DNA of 64,000 nt, from IMG/VR virus record IMGVR_UViG_3300021387_001054. One strand, written 5' to 3'. The DNA comes from a virus. Below are positions 57,436 to 64,000 of the stretch, piece after piece (positions within the stretch are counted from its first letter, which is position 1; each line of letters begins with the position of its first letter). The translations under genes were made by a program, and so were the position numbers. The notes below the pieces were generated by a model that saw only the letters and a program-made list of their open reading frames with translations, made no database searches and was not told where the DNA came from.

Positions 57436-59606
57436 ATAATAATTCATTGAATATTTTAGGACAATTGAGATTGGTGGAAACAAGAGGATACAGTGCGTAC
57501 GAAGTAGCAGTATTAAATGGTTATACAGGTACAGAAGAAGAATGGTTAGAGAGTTTAGTTGGACCACAAGGACCACAAGGACCTGAAGGAAAGAGTGCCT
57601 ATGAGGTGGCAGTTGAAAATGGATTTATTGGTACAGAACAAGATTGGATAGATTCATTTTTAACACCAGATGGTTATTATACTAAAGAAACAATAGATGA
57701 GAATTTTACTAAGATTTGTTCTAATATAGAAGAAATGGAAGATTTAGATTCAAAAGAAGGAATGACGATACATACTTTGGGTTATTATACTGCTAATGAT
57801 GGTGGAGAAAGCTTTTATAAAATAAGACTTAAAACAGAAGAAGATGTTGATGATGGTGGTTCTATCATTATAATTGGTGATTTAGTAGCCGAATTAATAG
57901 TTGAAAATAATACTGTAAATGTAAAACAATTTGGTGCTAAAGGTGATGGTATTAGTGATGATACATTACCAATTCAAAATGCATTAAATAGTCAAGCAGA
58001 TAAAATATATGTTTCAGAAGGAAATTATTTAATAACATCAACTTTAACAATGCCTTTTAATAAAACACTATATGGATGTAATGCTAATACTTGTATTTTT
58101 AAAGGCGATGATTTCGATGATTATTTAATAATATATGGAACTACTTATGATTATGGAAGCAAAAGGGGAAAGATTGAAGATATTAGATTGGAGACTTCGG
58201 ATGAACAGCTTGCTAATCAAACATATGGTTTATACTTAAATAGTGGATTAGAAATAAAAAATGTTTATTTTAATCATTTAAAACAAGCGATAAGTAAATC
58301 TAGTTCATATATAGATAATTTAATTTTATATCGTTGTCATATAATGTATTGTGGTGGAAAAGCTAATTCTTATGTTGTAGACTTGGCTGGAAAAGGTGAT
58401 GCTATTTTAATTTCACAATGTCATTTTGTTGCAGGATATACATTGGATAATTATAATGATTATCTTGGAATCAGAGTTCAGAGTAGTACAGGTACTTTAT
58501 TAGAAAACAATATAATTAATGCACCGATAACAATTAACAATTCCATAGCAACTTTATTAAATAATCATGTGGAAGGTCCAAGTGCACCTTTACATTTTAA
58601 TTTATCTAATATTATGATAAATAATTCTAATGTTTCAATAGATACATTATTTATACATAAATGTATAAATAAACCTGAAATTGCCATTCAATTAGAAACA
58701 TCTAATGAAGCACATAATAGTGAAGTTAATTTGAAAAATGTAAACATTTGTTTGACAAGTTTAATGTTTTCAAATTATCAAAATATGTCTGATATGTATA
58801 ATTTATATGTTGGAAATCAAGTTGTTGTATATATTGATAATGTTATTAATTATGTAGATTATTCGGCTACATGGAGTCAAGTTAAACCAGAGACAGGTAT
58901 TATCGTTAAAAATGCTGATGGATTACTTGAAGACTTTAATATAATTTCTTCTATTGCTAGTCTACATTCATTAATTTCAATGAATAAAGTTTATACTCAT
59001 GATTTACAACCTATTGATGTTAATAGTACAAATAATTCATTATCAAATTCTACTGGTAATAAATACACTCCGTGGTTTGAAAGCGGATTTAACAACGACA
59101 GTGTATTTTATAGAAGGGTTAGTTGTTATGATTTCGATAGAAAATTAGCAGCATCTATATCCAATGAAAAAGAAGTTACAGGCATAACATCATATACAAG
59201 TGATAGTGAAATTGGAAAAGGTGCAACTATTTCAAATTTATCAAGTTTTATGAATAAAACTGTTGGTTGTGGATTATTAGATATTATATATCGTGGTAGT
59301 AGTACTGGTACATATGATAAAATTACTAAATTACCTGTATGTTGTGGTAGAGCTATATATGACTTTGGTACACATATCTTAGGTTATCCAACAATAGCAA
59401 GAGAGGCTTCTGCTATAGATGATTACAATATAGTTACTAATTTCAAAAGAATTGGAAATAATGTTGAATTTACATCTAGTAGTACACCTACTTATGGAAC
59501 ATTCATAAAAGGGGATATATGCATTAATTCTAGCATTGGAACAGGAAATACTATTTCATGGATATACGATGGAGAGAATTGGGTTTCGCAAGGAACGTAT
59601 GCGTAA
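57432..59606 (+). CDS. Tail spike with two N-terminal anchor repeats, a collagen-like GPQGPQGPEG motif and a pectate-lyase-type right-handed beta-helix
   Basis: VNVKQFGAKGDGISDDTLPIQNALN is the hallmark N-cap of Pectate_lyase_3-type tailspikes. The repeat SAYEVAV.NGF.GTEE.W appears twice. Confidence 0.55.
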   Translation: MNNNSLNILGQLRLVETRGYSAYEVAVLNGYTGTEEEWLESLVGPQGPQGPEGKSAYEVAVENGFIGTEQDWIDSFLTPDGYYTKETIDENFTKICSNIEEMEDLDSKEGMTIHTLGYYTANDGGESFYKIRLKTEEDVDDGGSIIIIGDLVAELIVENNTVNVKQFGAKGDGISDDTLPIQNALNSQADKIYVSEGNYLITSTLTMPFNKTLYGCNANTCIFKGDDFDDYLIIYGTTYDYGSKRGKIEDIRLETSDEQLANQTYGLYLNSGLEIKNVYFNHLKQAISKSSSYIDNLILYRCHIMYCGGKANSYVVDLAGKGDAILISQCHFVAGYTLDNYNDYLGIRVQSSTGTLLENNIINAPITINNSIATLLNNHVEGPSAPLHFNLSNIMINNSNVSIDTLFIHKCINKPEIAIQLETSNEAHNSEVNLKNVNICLTSLMFSNYQNMSDMYNLYVGNQVVVYIDNVINYVDYSATWSQVKPETGIIVKNADGLLEDFNIISSIASLHSLISMNKVYTHDLQPIDVNSTNNSLSNSTGNKYTPWFESGFNNDSVFYRRVSCYDFDRKLAASISNEKEVTGITSYTSDSEIGKGATISNLSSFMNKTVGCGLLDIIYRGSSTGTYDKITKLPVCCGRAIYDFGTHILGYPTIAREASAIDDYNIVTNFKRIGNNVEFTSSSTPTYGTFIKGDICINSSIGTGNTISWIYDGENWVSQGTYA

Positions 59607-59700
59607 TTAAGAAACTATTTATAGTTTCTTTTTTATTTACTTTTAATTAATTCCATGTTATAATTTAGTTATGAAAAACTATTTGAAAGGAGATATTCAA

Positions 59701-60210
59701 ATGGAAAACGAAAACGAAAATCAAGTTGGTGAATTATATGTTGTTGGTACTAGAGGATATAGTGCTTATGAAATAGCTGTTCAAGAAGGTTTTGAAGGTA
59801 CAGAAGAAGAATGGTTAGAGAGTTTAGTTGGACCACAAGGACCACAAGGTCCTCAAGGAGAAATTGGACCTCAAGGAATACCTGGGACACCTCCTCAATT
59901 AAGAATAGGTAGGGTTGATACTTTAAATCCACAGCAAAATGCTTATGTTAATATAACAGGAACACCTTCAAATGTAATATTAAGTTTTGGCATACCAAAA
60001 GGAGAAAAAGGTGATGAAGGAGAACCAGGTCCATCTCCTGATTTAAGCAATTATTATACCAAAGGTGAGGTAGATAACCTAATTCCTGAAGTACCTACAA
60101 ATATAAGTTATTTTACAAATGATTCTGATTATACAACGAAAAGTTATGTTGATGGTTTGATAGGAGATATAAACGATTATTTGGATTTAATAAATGGTGA
60201 GGTGATTTAA
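59701..60210 (+). CDS. Collagen-like triple-helix repeat tail fibre protein
   Basis: GPQGPQGPQGEIGPQGIPGTPP... GEKGDEGEPGPSP. Shares the N-terminal anchor repeat. RBS aaaggag before ATG 59701. Confidence 0.5.
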   Translation: MENENENQVGELYVVGTRGYSAYEIAVQEGFEGTEEEWLESLVGPQGPQGPQGEIGPQGIPGTPPQLRIGRVDTLNPQQNAYVNITGTPSNVILSFGIPKGEKGDEGEPGPSPDLSNYYTKGEVDNLIPEVPTNISYFTNDSDYTTKSYVDGLIGDINDYLDLINGEVI

Positions 60211-61856
60211 TGGGAACTACTTCTAACAAAATGGTTTATTTAAATGAAACAAAGCAAAAATTAAAGACCTACATTAATACCTTTGGTGGAAATATAACAG
60301 ATGAAAGTACATTTAGAAGTTATATAGATAAATTGAATAATGTTATTTTAAATTCAATGGATGGAAAAATTGATCTATATAGTCTTTATCCTAAATACAC
60401 TGGTTCTGCAGATGAGGTTAGTTTAAATAATACTGAAAAATATAAAATAAAATTTTCATTGTTATGTAAAGAATTATCTCAAAATGGAACACCTTCACCA
60501 GATACTCCAATTTCTCTTAATGTTATAAAAGGAAAAAATAATATTAAAATTAAAAATGAAAATTTATTTGATAAAGAAAATATGAATATTTTTAATGGTG
60601 GAATACAGCTGAATACATTGGTTATGCAAACATCTGAAGCAAATAGAAGCTTGTGGATTTCATGTAATCCAAATACAACATATACAATACAAAAAAGAAA
60701 CGATGGTAATACTAATAGATTTGCTGTAGCAAGTAGTACTGTTCCACCTGCAGCTGGCTCTTCTTTAACAAAAGCAACTCGTGATGATAACTCTAATGTT
60801 TTAACAATAACAACCGGGTCTTCCGACATATATTTAATAGTTCAATTTTACAGAACAGCAGAATCAGAGATAACATACCGAGATGTTATCGATAGTATTC
60901 AAATAGAAATAGAAAAAAAGAATTTATTTGATAAAGATAACGCCAATATTTTAAATGCATATATTGATAGAACAACTACAACAATAACTTCTATCAATAA
61001 TAATAGAATAGTATGGATACCTTGTAATCCCAATACAACGTACACTATAAGTAGAATGAATGGGTTTCAACCAAATGTTGCGTGGACTGAAGAAACACCT
61101 GCTATAGGGGTTAGTTCTTACGGACAAGTTAAGGCAGAAAATAATGTTGCAACAATAACAACAGAGGCAACTGCAAAATATTTAATTGTGAGAGTATATC
61201 AAGCTACAACCGATACTGAAAGTCTTGAAACAGTTTTAAATAGTTTACAAATAGAAGAAGGTAATCAAGCAACTTCATACGAACCATATCAATCACAAAT
61301 TCAAAATTATTCTATTGATTTGGGTGATATTGAATATACAAAAATAGGAACAACAGAAGATAAAATATATCGAGATGAAAATGGAGATTGGTATTTTGAA
61401 GAACATATTGGTAAAAAGATTTTAAATGGAACTGAAAATTGGATTTTAAGTTCTGCATATACAAATGATACTATTTTATCTGTTTTTGTTCCAATTAGTG
61501 GAAAAGATAATGCAATTTATAAATCAGATAAATTTCCTTATATGCCAGTTATAAGTGCATCTACTACTGAAGAATATATAAGAGCAAATGGAACTTCAGT
61601 TAGAATTGGAATTTTTAAAAGCAGATTAACAGAAGGAACACCAGCAGCATTTAAAACATGGTTAACCCAAAATAATGTAAAAACTTATTATGAATTAGCA
61701 ACACCAATAACAACTAAAATAACAGATACTTCGCTAGGAATACAATTAGAAAACTTATACCAAAATGCTATGAGTTATAAAGGAAGTACGATTATAACGC
61801 AACTAAACGATGGGTTACCGTTTACATTAGAGTATGCTGTTTTAAAAGAAATATAA
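60210..61856 (+). CDS. Tail fibre / receptor-binding protein with an internal about 120-aa domain duplication
   Basis: NLFDKENMNIF...CNPNTTYTIQK... and NLFDKDNANIL...CNPNTTYTISR... are tandem paralogous domains. Confidence 0.4.
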   Translation: MGTTSNKMVYLNETKQKLKTYINTFGGNITDESTFRSYIDKLNNVILNSMDGKIDLYSLYPKYTGSADEVSLNNTEKYKIKFSLLCKELSQNGTPSPDTPISLNVIKGKNNIKIKNENLFDKENMNIFNGGIQLNTLVMQTSEANRSLWISCNPNTTYTIQKRNDGNTNRFAVASSTVPPAAGSSLTKATRDDNSNVLTITTGSSDIYLIVQFYRTAESEITYRDVIDSIQIEIEKKNLFDKDNANILNAYIDRTTTTITSINNNRIVWIPCNPNTTYTISRMNGFQPNVAWTEETPAIGVSSYGQVKAENNVATITTEATAKYLIVRVYQATTDTESLETVLNSLQIEEGNQATSYEPYQSQIQNYSIDLGDIEYTKIGTTEDKIYRDENGDWYFEEHIGKKILNGTENWILSSAYTNDTILSVFVPISGKDNAIYKSDKFPYMPVISASTTEEYIRANGTSVRIGIFKSRLTEGTPAAFKTWLTQNNVKTYYELATPITTKITDTSLGIQLENLYQNAMSYKGSTIITQLNDGLPFTLEYAVLKEI

Positions 61857-61867
61857 GGAGGTATGAA

Positions 61868-62080
61868 ATGAATTTGAAAAAATTATGGAATAATAGAATA
61901 TTTAGAACTTTTATACAAACAATAATCGCTACTATCGCAACTTATTTTATGACAACTAATGTTTTTGATATTGACAACAAAGCTTTGATAGGATTGATGA
62001 TAAGTGCAATTTCAACAGCTGTAGCAAAAATAATGCCTTTGTTTGATGAGGAGGGAAATAATGGACGATACAACAGTTAA
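61868..62080 (+). CDS. Small two-TM membrane protein (holin-like candidate)
   Basis: FIQTIIATIATYFMTT and LIGLMISAISTAVAKIM hydrophobic segments. 70 aa. Confidence 0.3.
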   Translation: MNLKKLWNNRIFRTFIQTIIATIATYFMTTNVFDIDNKALIGLMISAISTAVAKIMPLFDEEGNNGRYNS

Positions 62081-64000
62081 TAACAGGGAAGGTTATTTAT
62101 ATTTAACAGGTAGACGAGGCTACTCTGCTTATGAAGTAGCAGTACAAAATGGTTTCGTTGGAACTGAAGAAGAATGGTTAGAATCGTTGAGAGGAGAACC
62201 AGGAACTCCTTTCGGCGAATTAACTCCCGAAGAAAGAGAATTAATTAGAGGCTCAGAAGGAAAATCAGCATATGAGGTTGCTGTTGATAATGGATATATT
62301 GGTACAGAAGAACAATGGGTTAATAGTTTCCTAACACCAGATGGATATTATAATAAAGAAACCCTAGATTATAAGTTGAATAAAATTAAACAAGAAGAAA
62401 ATCAAGTGAAATATATTTTTCCTAAATCACATAGTTTAAGTGGAGATTATAACATCATTCAAGTAGATGGAAAAAATATATTAATCGATTGTTTTGTTTA
62501 TGAAGGTTGGAGTGAATTTAAAGCTGTATTAGATAGTTATAATATTTCTCATATAGACATATTTATATGCACTCACTTTCATGCAGACCATATAGGTAAT
62601 TTTAATAATTTAGTAACAAATGGCTATATAAATGAAGAAACAACTATATATTTTCCAAAATATACATTTAGTTTATGGGAAAATGATAGCTCTTATACAA
62701 CAACCCATGGATATTTAGAAGCAATGAGTACAGTAGAACAATATAGTTTAAGTCCAATACAACCAACAGAAGGAATGGAAGTAATTTTAAATGATAATAC
62801 AAAATTTACTTTTTATAATACTGACGATGAATATTCTTATGAAACATTTACTCAACAAAATAAATATAATAATACATCTTTAATTGTATTGTTTAAACAT
62901 TACGATATTTATAATGTTTATTGGGGTGATTGTTATAATCAACCTGTACAATGGTTATATGGTTTAGGATTGCTTCCTGAGAATATAGGTATATGGAAAA
63001 TGGGTCATCATGGAGTTGATTATACAGGGCAATCTGCTTTTGAAGTATTAAGAAAGTTAAAAATAAACTATGCTATTCAAGAATTAGGACGAAATTATTT
63101 ATCTGCAGGTCATAGTTATTCAAATGGAACAGCGAGTGAATTACAAAAATTAGGAGTTCCAGTATATGTGTCTGCTTATAACGATAATAATATTGAAATA
63201 ATAACTAACAAAAATTTAATTAACTTAATATCTGGTACAGATAATTTAACGTCTGAACGTAGTCGTTATAAAACAGTAACATGGTATGTTGACCCTGTTA
63301 ATTATAGTTCTGATAAACAGGATGGAAGTCAAAGCTATCCATTTAGTAACTTAAATCAATGTTTGGGAAATATAACTAGAAATAATGCTATTAGTTATAC
63401 TATTAATCTTGCGGATGGAGATTATAATAATGAATTTATTTCTTATGATGAAACAAAAGATATATCGACTTTATATGGAGTAACGAATACAGTTGTTATT
63501 CAAGGAAATTCAGAAGATAAATCACAAGTTATTTTGCATCATGGATTTAATATTTCCAATTGTTCAAATATAACAATTAAAGACTTGACCATAAATAACG
63601 GTGGTACTGAAAATGGAATAGACGTATTAAATTCAAACATAGTAATATCCAATATTGAATATACAATTGATACTACAAAAACTACGGCTCATCCTGTAGC
63701 AGTTAATTCTGTTTATAGTAAAATAAACATGAATAATTGTTTAGTCTCAGGAACAAATCACGCAATAAAAGCTGAATATTCTAATTTGATTTTGGATACT
63801 ATTCAGATGAGCGAAATGAGATATGCAGGCTTCAATTTGTTGAGTTGTATTGTTCAAGCAAAAGATTGTTCTGTTACCGATGATAGTAACAAGTTAATAG
63901 TCAATGCAGATAACAATAAGAAAAGTGACTTTATAAATGGTATTTCTTTATGGAAAGGAACATTGGTATATGATGATGTAACTCCTGAAAATAATACAAT
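62061..64000 (+). CDS. Partial tail fibre: two anchor repeats plus an MBL-fold metallo-hydrolase domain (HFHADHIG) plus a right-handed beta-helix; continues past the window end
   Basis: ATG at 62061. YSAYEVAVQNGFVGTEEEWLESL and KSAYEVAVDNGYIGTEEQWVNSF repeats. ICTHFHADHIGNF. Beta-helix-like NNGGTENGIDVLNSNIVISN repeats. Confidence 0.45.
   Translation, partial: MDDTTVNNREGYLYLTGRRGYSAYEVAVQNGFVGTEEEWLESLRGEPGTPFGELTPEERELIRGSEGKSAYEVAVDNGYIGTEEQWVNSFLTPDGYYNKETLDYKLNKIKQEENQVKYIFPKSHSLSGDYNIIQVDGKNILIDCFVYEGWSEFKAVLDSYNISHIDIFICTHFHADHIGNFNNLVTNGYINEETTIYFPKYTFSLWENDSSYTTTHGYLEAMSTVEQYSLSPIQPTEGMEVILNDNTKFTFYNTDDEYSYETFTQQNKYNNTSLIVLFKHYDIYNVYWGDCYNQPVQWLYGLGLLPENIGIWKMGHHGVDYTGQSAFEVLRKLKINYAIQELGRNYLSAGHSYSNGTASELQKLGVPVYVSAYNDNNIEIITNKNLINLISGTDNLTSERSRYKTVTWYVDPVNYSSDKQDGSQSYPFSNLNQCLGNITRNNAISYTINLADGDYNNEFISYDETKDISTLYGVTNTVVIQGNSEDKSQVILHHGFNISNCSNITIKDLTINNGGTENGIDVLNSNIVISNIEYTIDTTKTTAHPVAVNSVYSKINMNNCLVSGTNHAIKAEYSNLILDTIQMSEMRYAGFNLLSCIVQAKDCSVTDDSNKLIVNADNNKKSDFINGISLWKGTLVYDDVTPENNT

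Overview
This 64-kb window reads as a mosaic tailed-phage or prophage segment from a low-GC Gram-positive host. No rRNA, tRNA or CRISPR array was seen.

Main module (1-50 kb):
- A 1.5-kb repeat-rich non-coding block (1-1580): GC-rich 44-bp tandem repeats at the window edge, iteron-like TGTATAGT repeats, 28-bp direct repeats and a 280-nt G-depleted tract.
- An SF2 helicase gene (1583-3154), then a run of small early ORFs (4406-6919) driven by sigma-A promoters with extended -10 elements.
- A Panacea(DUF4065)-domain antitoxin-like gene coupled to a tiny Cys-rich ORF (3506-4134).
- An SPFH/band-7 gene flanked by two micro membrane-peptide ORFs (6935-8114).
- An 818-aa protein carrying the RNAP double-psi-beta-barrel signature DFDGD (8475-10931; YonO-like single-chain RNA polymerase candidate), followed by an HU-like gene (12171-12509) and a tyrosine recombinase (12509-13471).
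- A complete late module: terminase large subunit, portal, scaffold, capsid, head-tail genes, major tail protein, and a TP901-type tape-measure protein.
- The tape-measure protein is apparently split by a 1.07-kb insert that carries an antisense zinc-ribbon membrane-protein gene with its own terminator.
- Dit and Tal genes, then an IS200/IS605 element (tnpA plus the RNA-guided-nuclease gene tnpB) inserted between Tal and two paralogous receptor-binding genes. The receptor-binding genes and Dit share a GC-rich ~155-aa carbohydrate-binding-like module in three copies.
- A phiLC3-type holin (48973-49248); no endolysin was recognised nearby.
- A strongly GC-rich BspA-type leucine-rich-repeat cargo gene (50189-51700) ending in a 48-nt poly(T) tract.

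Second module (52-64 kb), lower GC:
- A second packaging set: terminase small subunit (TerS), an HTH-metallophosphoesterase, a second terminase large subunit (TerL) and a second portal.
- These run directly into collagen-like and beta-helix tail-spike genes that share an N-terminal anchor repeat, one of them with an MBL-fold domain.

The gene order yonO-like RNAP, HU-like, terminase, portal is recalled from memory of SPbeta-type phages and was not checked against a database.
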